Part shown: positions 24,967-38,105 of the stretch, in pieces
Position numbering within the stretch: position 1 is the stretch's first letter
Layout: every line of letters begins with the position of its first letter
Source of the DNA: Pocillopora damicornis
Lineage: Eukaryota
Length of the DNA stretch: 64,000 nt
NCBI RefSeq assembly: GCF_003704095.1
Contig: NW_020845865.1
Coordinates: 124,001 to 188,000 of the forward strand
Direction: 5' to 3'
Program-made: the position numbers and the translations under genes
The notes under the pieces: generated by a model
Database searches by the model: none
What the model was told of the DNA's origin: nothing
The model's input: the letters and a program-made list of their open reading frames with translations, nothing else

Positions 24967-27900
24967 ACACATTTTCGAGGTAGATATTAAGTTTCGCGAA
25001 CTTTAAGTGTCTCAAAGAACGGATTGGGCGCTACCACCGCAGCAACGGAGCCTAATGTAAGCTACTTGTTCCTCTAGAGGGCAAGGCAGCTGTTTTCAGC
25101 GGTTTTCTTTATTCCCCGTGCAGTGAAGGAATCTTATCGTCAAAAATGAATATTCGAGATAAATCATATATGACGTGTTGATAATAACATATCAGCCCAG
25201 CTTGGCTATTAGATACTGATCTCAATTTCTCGACAGTTCTTAATAACGTAGAATTTAATTGACTCAATTTACCCGTACTGAATTATTCATCGAGGATGCA
25301 GAACAAGCTTCTTTACTTGCAGACCACAATCCGTCTCTTCTCTCGACTCGAAGGCTTGAATCACTTCACCAAAAGAGACAACTAAAATCTAAAATAGCTT
25401 AAAGAAAACGTTGCTCTCCGGCGATTACATATAGACTTGGAAATATTATCGCGTGTGTTAACAACCAATTCCCGTTTCTGATGAAGGATATTCGATTCCA
25501 GCTAACACGTATTTTGGCTAGAAAAACTCATATATCTACTCATGAAAAATAAATAATCTGCAATGAATATATAAACAATCAACTGTAAATGAAAGCTCCA
25601 AGTCCATATAGTCACAAAATAATATTCTTTGCTATTATCTGTGTTCAAGAGATCGTCAAGCTTTATGATTAATTATCCGCTATGAATTGGAGAGATCATC
25701 CTATCCTATGATTCTAAAAACTGACATTTTTTTTTCCTCTCAGAGCAATTTTTGATAGCCAAGCCATCAATTGAAATAATAATGATAGTCTTATTTTTGT
25801 CATGAAGGCAGACAGGGGATCGATTTAGAAAATTATTATTGTTCCTAACTCCTCGTTTCTAAAGACATCTGTTTCACTAAATAAAAGATACGCTAATGAA
25901 TATAGACAAATGTGTGAAAATTCTATGGTTATTTTCTGAAATTTTGGATCCGTTTCATGCTGAATTAGAGTTTCAAAATGGTGTATAATAATTATTTTTT
26001 TTGCGCTACGCGTTGCATGACATGAACAAAATTTTTAAAAATGTGACTGTCGTGGTCTTTTTTCCAAGACCATCATATCATCTTATATGTAATACTTTGA
26101 AGCATGAATAAATCATTGTGATACTTACCCGGCCAGATCCAAGCGCTTGGTAAGGATTAAAACATGTATTTGAAAGACGTGACTTTCTCGGTGGGGAATC
26201 CAGGAGATTTGTGATGCAGAAAAACTCGCATAAGAAATGTCTCAGAATCTTCTTGCCCAATAATAATTGCAACAGACCAACTAATGCAATTAACTGTCTG
26301 GCGTAGGTAATATCTCGATTACTAGAACCAAATAAAGACTAGAACTGACAAACAACGTTGTATAATGTTGTTAATGCCAGACAAACTCGAATTTGGTACT
26401 CCCCAGCACAATAAATCGACCACCTGCTAAAACTGCATCGCTTAAAGTCCTCAATTTCGAATCTTTTATCAATAGCGTGTCGGTAGAATAGAAAATTTCA
26501 GATAAGATGTCAATACATGGGTACTGTTGAGACTGGTTTTGGTAATCACTGTGCAGCTCACTCATATCATAATTTATGTCTTAAGTGTTCTTCATTTGTA
26601 TTTGCATTGATATCAGCGTCATTCTGCAATTTCCCTATCAACGAGGAAATTAGCCAAATATCAAAACAGTTTTTCTACAATTTCCTGCGAGGACCATCTA
26701 TAACTCATCTTTTATGCAAGCTTTCTTTATGAAATGTTAGTTATCAAACGAATGCCATTTTGAAGCTTATTGCATGTTATTTTCAGACTATATGTCATCA
26801 TTTTGCGGTGACTGCATGATCGTTTCCAAGCTCGTGGTCTCATGCGGTCACATTAACGTTCTAAACGAAGAATCACATTTTCACCCCATTCGCGATTTGG
26901 CAAACGATCCGTCCTCTAATAAAACCGAAGCAGATATCTTACCATTCATTTTGCATGTAAAAACTGTAGAAAATCAAACTTCCACCCTTATTAGATTTTA
27001 TGGAACAGTTTGGTCAACCATATGACGAAGAAAGAGAAGATTTCACATAGAATCATGATCATTGAACGCAAAATGATATTTGGAAGCTACAACCGACTGA
27101 TCCGGCTTTCACTTTTGCTTGGATTAAAATCGTATCGCTAACTGAAGAAAATAGTACAACTTCTTCAATGGTTATGTAAAGCGTTTTAGAAATATGTTCT
27201 GGTCATAAATTTAAATGGATTTTACCTGCTGCAAGAAAACTTGAAAGAAGAAATCTTTTATCACGCAGTTGCTGCCAATTGTTGCCGAAGAACGCTGCTG
27301 AGGAGCTGACTGACAAGTTGGAATGTAACTCTAAATTATATGTGTTCAGCTGTTTTTCACGCTATAAATAAAGAATTATGTAAATTCATCTTTCATGTAG
27401 TTATTTTCATTATTACGGCGCCTGTAAAATATTTGTTGATTCCGATAAAGTATTATTATTTTTATCATCATAGTAGATTATCGTGTATTGAACACTCTTC
27501 ATAAATGAGGTTCAAACTGCAGCTTTCAATTCACTCATTCGTTGCCATGGCACGGAGGAAGTCAGTTACATTTGATTGTAATGGGTTTCTCGATCTCAGT
27601 GATCTTCGTCTGATCCACCGCTTTCAATCATTTTATTTATATCAAGAGGAAACTATGGAACTCTTGTAAATATATGTTACCTTGATTACAATTTAAATTA
27701 GAATAACAAGTAGTTCTTTTTCCCTTCTTGAACTCCAAAGAAGCGAGAGAAAGCTCCTCGGTAAGTTATACCATGCGAAAGTCACATTATCTATTTAATA
27801 TTACTTCAACGAAATTTTTAAATTAATACATGAACTTACTTTGCAATGTTGTCAATGGTAGCTGCTCGTATTAACAACCTCAGTGCATTTTCATTACAAA

Positions 27901-28509
27901 ATTGGAAACCTGGTGAACACCGGATTACGACGAACTCTATTAAAAAAAAAAAACATTCGTGTCGTTTCTCTGGCATAAGATAAATCAAACATAAAACATT
28001 TCATTTCTTTTTCATGATCCAACCAGAATTTGGGTATAGCTTTCAAATCGGTAATATTCTTGTCGGTGAAATATATGTTATATTCATCCGAAGAGTTTAT
28101 ATAAACCAAAGAAGATGCCTGAGGTTAGGGAGAGTAGTTTTGCAACTGATTAAAATGGAAACGTTAAAAAAATAGTTTTCTTTCCTCCTGTTCGTCAACG
28201 AATAAGAGCACTCCTGCTGATGTTTTAGCGACAAATATAAAAATCTGCCCACTTTGTATGTAGTTCTTAGAACCTTCATCTGTTTATTCTTTAATTGTCA
28301 TTGCTTACACCGAAAAAAAATGGAAGGATAAATTTTTCCTGCATTTTACTTAAACTGACATCGACTGGAATTTTGAGCAAAGAACCAATTAAATTTATAC
28401 CAGAAAGACAACTATGCCAGAGTGGTAACTTAGGTTTGCTTGTCTTCGTCTCTGATATACAAATGAAAAAAGAAAGGACGAGTGCCATGCAAAACGTGTA
28501 AAACTGAAC

Positions 28510-28868
28510 AGCGCCCTTGTAGTTTTTAAGTTTTTGGATTCAACATGAAAACACGAATGTTCTTTTTGAAGTTGCGTAATCAGTGCTTATGAAAAGTTAG
28601 CGTTCAGCGCGGCTCGTTTTTTGCACTTTTTGCAAGTATTCTCGCTACCTAACCACCTGCTATCCAAGCTAGTTCACTCTCTCGCTCAAATTAGCGCCCT
28701 TGTAGTTTGTATGTGATGTACTCAAGATAGAAAACACGAATTTTCACTGAGGTCTTTTTGAAGTTACGTAATACTTATGAAGATATTTCTGTCAACCCTA
28801 CTCTCTTGCGCGCTCATTACTTACATTCTCGCCAGCTACGCACCAACTTCGTAAACCAGTTCACTCTA
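28510..28868 (+). repeat. Diverged tandem duplication, period 183 bp
   Basis: agcgcccttgtagttt...gaaaacacgaat...tctttttgaagtt.cgtaat...attctcgc...agttcactct occurs twice. Confidence 0.85.
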
Positions 28869-31800
28869 TATTACCCTAGCGAAAGGAAAGTACTAGTTCG
28901 GAGATAGTTTCGACTCCCATTCTGGGTCTGTTTCCGTAATGACGTTGCGCGTAAAACAATTATAAATATCTAAACATTCAGCCACACCCTAATAAACCCG
29001 AGCACATGATAGATATATATGTGAAGATTTAAAAAGGGACAAGAGTAAGATATTCGGCTTCGGATGGAAAATTTTCTTCCTCGAAAAGATTCATTTTGAA
29101 CATTTTCAACTATATCCGTACTCTTTATAACAATCCGTACAGAAAAAAAGATTACACTTGGCTTTTTGTCTCAGTTGACGCGTCAATATTCTTACTTGCA
29201 TGGTATTATCACAGTATTTTGATTTCCATTTTTGATTTATGAGAAGTTAAAAAATTTATATAAAAGATCCTTCTTTTTACGTTGAAAGCAAGACATTCTG
29301 TATGTGATATTTGAGTTTTTTCAACCTTTCCTTGTCGATTTCCTTAATATGCAGGAATATGAATGTTAGTTACCTTTAATTTGGAGGAAATTTGAGCAGA
29401 TGAATCCAAAAACCTTTTAATTTTCTTAATTTTCATTTTGCTGGAAACTTCAATGCAATAATTTCACCATAAAATTAAAAGTGTTGTAATACAACCCTTT
29501 TTAGGTAAATCAATTATTCAAAACCTAAAAAATGCAAAATTTATCTCACCAAAAGCGGAGAGAAGCGTTTGATAAAAATTCCTGCTTCAATACTTAAAAT
29601 AAGTTATTTTTTACTTCACAAATCTGTTTAATTACTCACATGTTTTTGGACTTTTCGGTGGTGCGGAGCTTGATCCAAAGGAAAATGTTACCTTTAGCTA
29701 TCCACGCTATGCGATATTATTAATTCAAGTCAACTTTTACATTAAGTTTACTCATGATGGTATACGTAGTTTCCGTCAATCTCGGTAAACTTCCCAGGCA
29801 AGTGAAGTTGATACTAGCCCTGAGGCCTTCTTTTATCATGTCCGAAAAAGCTTTAATGCATTTTTGCGACAATATTCAGAGTATAAGACGCCTGCGTTTT
29901 AGTTTCCATTTGAGCCCATGTTCAGGATGTTTACTCATGGCTCAATAAAATCTTTAATTATGTAAGAATTGTTTTCTAAACAATAATATGCTTCGAGGTG
30001 TTGAACTCATTTACGCTTTTCCGATCTGGTAGACAACAGTTTGGTAGGGAAAAAATTAACACAGCAGGCCGCGCACAAATTATATTCACCACAGACGTGA
30101 ATAGAAAGTTAGTTAATACAAGTTAATAAAACGCATATTTTCCAGGATAGATTAATTTTTTTCTTCAGACATTTAGCAACACCTATCAAGTTCGTTTTCA
30201 GCTCTATTTTTCACAAATCAATATTTTAAAAATTTTTTTGAACTGCATCATCTCAGTGTTAAAAGGTTTCGAATGATGAAGTCCGCAGGAAATGTAATTA
30301 GGTACCAAGTAGTTATTGTCAAACCAGTTTCGCGAAACTCTTATAATTTGCGTTTATTTCTCTGTTTTCTCGTTTGCCAATGTTATTTTGAATTAAATGG
30401 ATTACATTAGCACACCTCAGCAGGGACTAATTTTCTTTATTCACCTGTAATCGTTTTTTATAGGGAGGGACTATTTTCAAGCGCATGGGGAAATCTTTCA
30501 ACGTGTGCGCTGAGATAAGATGCGAGGAGGGATTTAACAGCCGCCTGGACTAAGCAATAATAATGAATTTATTAAGCCGCTAAGGTTTCATCAAACGAAA
30601 CAGCAGTTGATGTTACTTATTTTAAACAAATATCAGTTTTGATCTGAGTATAGATACAGTATGTAAACGCGTTTCTCATCTTTTTTTCTTTTGTCGAACA
30701 TGCCTTTTTCAGCCACATTTTTTATCCAGCTAATTTTCTCTAATAACTGATCGATATAAGACATCATATTCATCTTGTACGGGGTTAATATTTCTAATTC
30801 ATTGTCTATTTGCCTTGTTTTTATGCACATATTTTGTAGCTGCAACATCGAGATGAATTAAAGTGAAAAACATACCTCATATTGGAAACAAATATTTTGA
30901 AGGATTTCGCTAATAGCGGACTTTCAATGGACTTTCCTTCCGCGTTAAAGACAGTCTCTTCTCAGCTCTTTGTCAATAACCAAACAGGTGCCTCTGTCGT
31001 TTGATGTTTGAAGCTTACCGAAGCACGCTTAAACCTCGTAAAATTCACTTATGAAATTTGTAAACAACAAAGGAAGTCGATCTTAATTGACAAGAGGCGT
31101 GTGAAAGTCGTGTAGTTGTCAACGTTTATCATGCAGATCCAAGGCTCCATTAAGTTCAAGGCAAATAAGACAAATTTTGTTTGTTTTAGGAGGACTTTCA
31201 CCACATCCAACATGTAAAAGATTATTGCTTTGCATTTCTTGCTTACCGTATCAGTTTTTATAATCCCTTTTTATCTGTATATATGACAAAAGAATTGATA
31301 AATTTACTAATTTTCTCCTTGGTCTCTGGTTAGGTTTTACACCCTACTCGAACACGGAAATTTTGTAAGATTTCATATCATAAATTCTATAGCTTCTTTT
31401 ATGCTTTCTCTTCGACAGGTGAATTAGGCTTCGCACGTATATTAAGCGGAAAAAATTTGAAAAAAAGTGATTCAGAAAATTTCAGTTCGTGTTGTCTTCC
31501 TGCTTTCTAGAAAGATCCGACCGTTTTAAGCAACGGTGTTATTGAAAATTATATGTCAAATTATTAAATCTCTTTTAACAACATTAAGCCCCTGTTCTCG
31601 GCCAATATTCACTTCAGCTGTTTAGTTCGCAAAGATATTGAACTGAAATGGGTAAGCAATTTTCGTCGAGGACAGCGCATTTGTTTAGTGAAGGCAGTTT
31701 CGGCTTTTACAGAAAAAAAAAAAAGATATCTGGAAACTTCATGTTTAATTTCAAGCAATTAATTTTGTTTTTCTTCTGTTGTCTTTTTTTTTTCTTTTCT

Positions 31801-32330
31801 ATTGCGTTCTGTTTTTTGTCTTGTTTGGTTTTTACCTAACTTAATTGCAGATTAGCAATGTAGGGCTATCGAACAGAAAATGGAGTGAAAACAATAATAT
31901 GCAGAACGTTAACAGCTTCTAACCAGTTTGAAAAGATAAGGATCAGAATGTTAAAGAAATACAGCATGCAGTTTTTAAAAACGGGAAACCCATCTGTGAT
32001 GCACGCTAACAGCACTGTTAATACGTTAAAATAAATTACCAACACTTCTAATTGATTTTTCTCGGGCTGATTTTAGCACGAGAATAATGTTTTCGGATAG
32101 ATATTGATGTGTTTTTCATTATAATCGCAAACCACGAAGCTGAACCCAATACAACGAAACATTATGGAAAGTTATTGACATCCGCTTTTTAGTTAATTAT
32201 ATTTGCTTCAAATCAGCAAACGAACCGATTTACCGACAGGTAAATGTGCTATAAATGCATGTTATGTTTGGTAAGTTGAAATTCAAGTCACGTTGTGGTA
32301 TATCGATTAACAACAACAAGTGACTGTACC

Positions 32331-32534
32331 TTAAACCTTTCATACTCGTTAGTAGTTATCTTTACTGCTAGCCATACAATTCTTCTGATATTAGTTAGGA
32401 GAATTTGAAAAAGGATCGACTAATAACCCTCTAATTTCTATTTTTCTTTAATCTCGTCACTTGTCTGCTTGATATTGTATTTACATTGTGGGGAGAAATT
32501 CTGTCTTGGTCACTAATGGGAGTTAAAGGGTTAG
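32331..32534 (-). mobile_element. piggyBac-like MITE, second copy
   Basis: Ends agaaattctgtcttggtcactaatgggagttaaagggtta, the reverse complement of the start of the 24758 copy. Confidence 0.7.
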
Positions 32535-33524
32535 TTAAATTTTTCTTAACCGCGTTGATTAACACGCAGCGTTCAGAAACTTTCTTCATTTGACAAATAA
32601 GCTCGAAATTCTCGTATCATCATATCACCATCCAACTCTCTCGTTAGCGGACACCCCCTCAGAATTGGGAAAAGTGTACGTAAGTAGAATTGTCCGCCCA
32701 CGAGAATTACTATGCTTCCTCGCGTTCTGAACGGATGATTTGCTTTCCCGTCCTTTCTTAATTGCATTTCGCCGTTTCGAGCCAATTCAGTCAATACACA
32801 GACTGTCAAGGTTTGACGTGATTGGTTAATTATTTGTGAAATCACGCGCGCCGCGCGGGAATACAAAAAGAATACGAAGGTGGGAGAGGAAGAGAAAAAT
32901 TGTTACTTGAAATTTAAAAACGAAAAGACTTTGTACGGTCGAAGTGAAATAGTAACGGCACGATAGTAGCAAAGGAGAGGAAAAAAGAGGGAGACTTGGT
33001 TGAGTTGCGTAAAAGAGGGTGGGTCGGGTTGTGACCCGACCCAAGCCTCCCGCTTTTTTCTCTCCGCCATTAGAGCTGCGCCGTTAACTATTTCACTCCG
33101 TTCTACTAACTCAATATATGAAATACTTAGATCTACGAAGACTTGAAGTGACACATTTCAAGAGCAACGAATGTAATCAACACCTGCATGCGAACTCAAC
33201 TCAAGGAAAATCTCACCTCAGTCTCAGATATGGAAGTAAGCCAAGTTACCTAGTTAATGATTCTTTTTCCGGCTGACGTGTTTCTAATATTTGATCGTTT
33301 CTATATCAAATAATTAGAGTCGGTGTGAATAAGGACCATGTTAGTATGGTTCTACCTGCGAACCGCTATATGAGACCCACAGTTTTGTGTGCCATTGTGT
33401 CCCTGGATATTACGGAGTATTCTGTAACCAAAAAGGTTGGTGGGTGTCCAATGTGATGGTGGAATGCTTATCAATATAGCGATATGTTTTCTTCTTGTTA
33501 ATTACTTTGTTGTTTATATTTATG

Positions 33525-33660
33525 AACGAGGATGTTGTTCAGTAAATGAAAGAGACATACTCAGAGAAAAAGATCTCCGAGTGCCCCCCAATAGGAGTCG
33601 ATCCTACAACCTTCTGATATTAGTACTTCGAACGCACTTCCCCTGATTTACTGGATACTT
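33525..33660 (-). mobile_element. tRNA-derived SINE fragment
   Basis: Reverse complement aligns with 58500-58610 (cgaagtactaat...gtagg.t.gactcc...gcactcg...actgaa.aacatc). Confidence 0.7.
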
Positions 33661-34284
33661 CTAATATTGAAAATGGTGGCGAGACATGCATGGATATACC
33701 TTTTGTAATCAAAACACTTGCGGCCGGCAGGGTCGTGCAAGGCAAAGAATACTTGAAACTGGTTGGAATTATATTGTCAAGAAGCTTTTAAAATAAGAAA
33801 ACGGAATACGGAATAAGAAAAAAGAAACTACAGCACATGCAAAAGTTCTCTCTCTGGTCACCACGAATTTTCTTCGGTGGCGGAGAAGATTAGACTATAA
33901 ATAATCTGCTCAGTCGTATGTCTTAGTATAGTTAAAAGAGGCAAAGTTTTCCGTGCTATAAATTTCATGTGGAACGGAAGCAAGGAATATAAGTTGTGAA
34001 GTCTTCTACTCATTAGGGAATATTAATTATTAACAAGAGAAAAAAGAAAAACAAGAAAAGAACCTGCTGAGTGTCTGTCTCAATCTTTATTTGGCAATTT
34101 AGTCAAGTGTTGATGCAATTACATTAAGAGAATGTACTGAAAAGGTATCTTTTTTTGTTCAAATGTGTACTCTGAATTGTATCTTCCACCTTAGGACTGT
34201 GATTCGTGACATCCTTGTAACCCAGAAATTTTTTGTATTTGCCGTCTCGATTTTTCATTTTCATACTACGGGACATGATTTTCC

Positions 34285-34632
34285 AAGGGATACCAGTCAC
34301 AATTTTTCGGCTGAGGGGGAGGGGGGAGGGTTTAGATGATGTTAGGGAGAACGAACTTCAACGGGTTGGGGATCAGGGGAATTTTTGCGGAAAACCTGTA
34401 GATTAACCCTACCCTACCCTACTGCCTTACGTTTAAGCGTATCCTTTTACTAGTTGTCACTAAAAGAGTATAAAAAAGGGGGAGGGGTGAGTGTAGAAAA
34501 TTAACTTCAAATGAGGAGTACGATTAAAATACACAGAGCTTTAGTGGGGGATCAACTAATGTTTACTGGAACTCACACAATCTCCTCTTAACCCTCCCCC
34601 CACCGGCCTTAGAAAACAAATAATGATCAGTG
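34285..34632 (+). mobile_element. G-rich MITE-like repeat; same family as 63107-63340
   Basis: Shared layout: aattt.tcg..t.ag G-run...ggggatcag...gtc.ctaa.agag.ataaa..agggg...tagaaaat...C-run...aaataa.ga.c. Confidence 0.55.
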
Positions 34633-34718
34633 AAAAGTAATTGCCTAATGAAAAAGTTATTACCTAGAGTAATTTTCCAAATGTAAAGTAATTATTCTCG
34701 ATTCATGTTTTAATTGAT

Positions 34719-35092
34719 TCAAGTGACGTCAGGTATCGTTATGACCGTGCAGTTGAGCTGTATCGTCCCTGAGCTGTGGTTCATGTTCTTTTCCCTCGAG
34801 CCGGCTTCATGCACGGTGGTTATGGTGCGCTCGATATCAGCAGACCGTGATAAAGATGTACAGCGGATGATTGACACAAACGCATGCCTGTAATCTGACC
34901 TACGCACCGTGTAAATGAAGACATTTACGACAGAATTTAAATGAAGCAGCCACACAACTGAAGTAGTCACTATCGGTGAGATGTAGAGCTGAGTGAACGC
35001 CATAAATCCCCGAGTGATTAGAAATGGAATCCATAAAATGAGAAAGACAAAGATAACCACCAACACAGCAACTGTGGCTTTGCCTTCAAGTC
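34719..35092 (-). CDS. Class A GPCR no. 3, coding exon 2 (TM6, TM7, C-tail); spliced protein ~355 aa
   Basis: Acceptor tatcttcttgcag|GA is phase 1 and matches exon 1. Encodes EGKATVAVLVV..LWIPF (TM6), HLNSVVNVFIY (TM7) and helix 8 DYRHAF. Confidence 0.9.
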
Positions 35093-35169
35093 CTGCAAGA
35101 AGATACAAATAATACGCCTATAAGATGTTATCCAGCATAATCTTTGTCTTCTTTGTTCTTTACTTTCTG

Positions 35170-35390
35170 GAGGGTCTCGATGGGGTTAACCGCTAGTCGT
35201 GGAATAGGCAAAAAAATTCAAGGCCGTTAGGCGAAAAAACTGACAATTTTAACCGTTTTTCGTTTAAAAAAATGTTAAGCCACGTAAATGTTTTGCCTGG
35301 GTACGAAACGGAAAGAAATTAACTGTTAGCGGCAATATATCCAAAATTTTAACCTTTATCCTTAAAAGCCATCTCCCTCTTGAGACCCTC
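35170..35390 (+). mobile_element. MITE with TIR gagggtctc / gagaccctc, in the GPCR no. 3 intron
   Basis: Perfect 9-bp TIR; internal ttaaccgt-like repeats; homologous to 4595-4790. Confidence 0.7.
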
Positions 35391-35594
35391 TTTTGACGAC
35401 AAAACTGAAACACTACGCGCGCAACAAACTATCAAACTGACTTCCTTAACATTCAACAGAGTATCATCATCTTTAATCTCACAATAACAGCATCCCGACA
35501 ATTCTGAAATAACAATCTATTAGTTCCTATGCTGGACCAATATCTTGTTCACCTCGAGCATTTTTTACTTTGTTTGTTCGTTTGTTTGCTCTCG

Positions 35595-35800
35595 TTAACG
35601 CTTTATATCAGTATGCATATCCCCCATACTGTTATCTATAGTACATTTCTTGGAGTGCTGATAAGGAGAATCTGTTCAACAATCAAGAGCTTCTTCAGTT
35701 GGTGATCATTTACTTTATTCTCATGACCTTAATGTTTGATCCGGTGGTGATATTGTAAGGAGAAATTAGAAGCTGGTCACACCGAGGGTTCGTAGGGTGA
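35595..35800 (-). mobile_element. Diverged relative of the piggyBac-like MITE, in the GPCR no. 3 intron
   Basis: Shares ccatac...ggagaat...gatattgta.ggagaaatt...tggtcac...agggt with 32331-32534. Confidence 0.55.
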
Positions 35801-36658
35801 AAAAGGAAGTAGTCGTTTGGTATTTACGTTTATTTAAGCGTGCGTTCCTCACTTGTACTCGTGCCTTCCCCCCAATCCTAATCTCCTTTGCGTTTTAAAA
35901 TCCCACAGCACGCTTCATAAAGACAAATCTTTCAGTACATAGGTATATTTTCATGCTCTGCAGTTTTTATCAGTTCATTCAGAATGTTTTTTGCAACCGC
36001 ACAATTAAGAGTGTCTTCCCTCTTTAAGACACTTTCGCATTTTTTTAATAGCACCGTACATTAACTTAGGAAATTGCACGTGGAACACGTGAAAGTAATG
36101 AGATCGCAGAATTTTTAGTCAAGTCTGTGCTTCTTAAGCTTACTTTCCGATAGCAACGCAGGAAAATAACAATATCGGGGTTTTATCAATCGCCGTGTGG
36201 TTGCTCTTTGATGAAGGTTGAGAAGATCAGCGTGCTTTTTACTTTCGGCTTTGACTGCCATCTTATACATCCGCTTCTCTGCTTTTAAGAGTTCTCCTTA
36301 ATTTATATCTTTAGTTTGAACGCTTGTTCGCCACTACAATATTGTATTCGAAAAGTGTCGGTTCTCCTTTTCCCTTGCAGTCTTTCTTCTAACAGATTTC
36401 TTTCAATCTTTCCTCTTACAATTTTATTTCGCTCAATTCGCTAGATAGTTTTTTTTCTTATATTTTCCATTAAAAGCTTGCGCAGGAAATCGGAGCGCGG
36501 CTGGCCAAAAGGGATCCACTCCCGCCGACCCAACGTTGTATACCACGGTGTTGATAAGCACATACGATTTTCTTTTGATTTTACATCGGACGGCGCTAAA
36601 GTCAGTGGTGCAAATTGGCCACCGTTATGAGTTTCTAAAGCTGACATCTCGAGCATTA

Positions 36659-37134
36659 CGTCCCGTTCAAACGGTCATGATGTTTGATGATAGTCGATGA
36701 TCGTTTCAACTTTCTTTTCGCTATCATTGACAATCCTGTTTGCATTCAAACGGTTCATGATAGTTGACGAGATCGCTTATTGTAAACAAATATGACGCGC
36801 GCCAAAGTCAGCAATTTCGGTGACATTTGAAATTTCAGTCAGGAAGTTGCGATTTGAAGATATTGAAGCCTACCAGGGGATGATGAGAGTGAACCAGCAA
36901 GGCATTCTGCAAAATTTTGATGCCCATTTTTTGTCACTTTACCCAGTCTGCCATTTCGGTTTGAGCCCGCGGTTTTGGCAAAACTGCTGACCGAAAAACT
37001 ATCACTAACCATCATCCGCTCGTTCAAACGGCAAAAACTAACATCAACTATTATGTCGAATTTGAACATGAGCTACAAGAACGCACGTCATGGTTAAAGT
37101 TATAATCAACTATGAGGACCTTTTGAACGGGGCT
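36659..37134. mobile_element. PIF/Harbinger-type MITE with TTA target-site duplication
   Basis: TIR cgtcccgttcaaacggtc / gaccttttgaacggggct (15/18); TTA at 36656-36658 and 37135-37137; an uninterrupted homologue of the host sequence is at 50769-50828. Confidence 0.85.
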
Positions 37135-37158
37135 TTAGCCCTAAATTAGAGCGAAAAA

Positions 37159-37270
37159 TTCGTAGTTCATGTTCGTAGATTGTACGTAGTTCTTAGATAA
37201 AAGATTTTAGATTGTTCGTAGTTCGTAGATAAAAATTCGTAGTTAATGTTAGTAGATTGGCCGGTAGTTC
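37159..37270 (+). repeat. Degenerate short tandem repeat (ttcgtagt/ttcgtagat units)
   Basis: About ten imperfect copies are visible. Confidence 0.8.
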
Positions 37271-37411
37271 TCCGGTGGTGACTGCTGACTAATTGAAAAC
37301 AAAACAAAACGGAGAAATAGTGCACAAAATGAGCCCAAAAACATGCCTCAGGAAAATTATTAGTATGAGTTCATTAACGAATACAATAGCAATAATTAGA
37401 TCAATACTTGC

Positions 37412-38105
37412 CTGAGAAAACGCTTTTTTTCCTTTGTGTTCGATCAATTCTAAATCTTTCAGTGTCTATCCTCTTTTTCTGCCGTATTGCTACGATTAGA
37501 ACCCGCAGGCTCATGATAAGCAGTAGGAAAAATGGAAGCACAATGTTTAGTAGCAAAGCCAAAATACTGAGCCATAATGGAGTTCCCGCCCACGCGACTC
37601 CGCAGTCTAAACTTTGAGTAGAAAACTCAATATTAGCCAAAGACGAAACCAGCACAACGAAAATGACTCCTTGAGTCCAACAATACACAATCATAATGGC
37701 GATTGTTCTAGTTGTCACGCGACTTATGTATCTTAAAGGGTCGCTCACCGCAATATGTCTCTCAATCGCTAACATGACAAGTGTTATAGTTGAGCAGATG
37801 TAGAACGGATACGATAATATTCCGCCAATTTTGCAGAGAAATCCATTGTCCACAATAATGTTGAGATCCAAGACGGTAGCCAAGTGAAATGGCATCAGTA
37901 TGGAAGCCGTGAGGAAGTCGCTCACCGCTAGATTTAAGATCAAATAGCTGTTCACTGCTCGCCGAAGACGTTTGAATCGGAGAATTGCGATTATGACAAG
38001 TAAATTTCCACACACTCCAAAAACAATAATTATCCCAAGCGTCGTTGCTAGAATAGATTTTTCTGTCGTTGTCCACCAGTGCATAGGTGCACGTGTTGTT
38101 TCCAT
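37412..38105 (-). CDS. Class A GPCR no. 3, coding exon 1 (TM1-TM5 and part of ICL3)
   Basis: GN, LAVSD, C3.25, ERH, W4.50, LPF. The ORF stops after TM5; CAG|gcaagt donor after 231 codons + 1 nt. Confidence 0.9.

Noticed and set aside
37159-37270. CRISPR-like array here or at 56347-56403
   Set aside because: Eukaryotic DNA, no unique spacers and no cas genes; these are simple tandem repeats.
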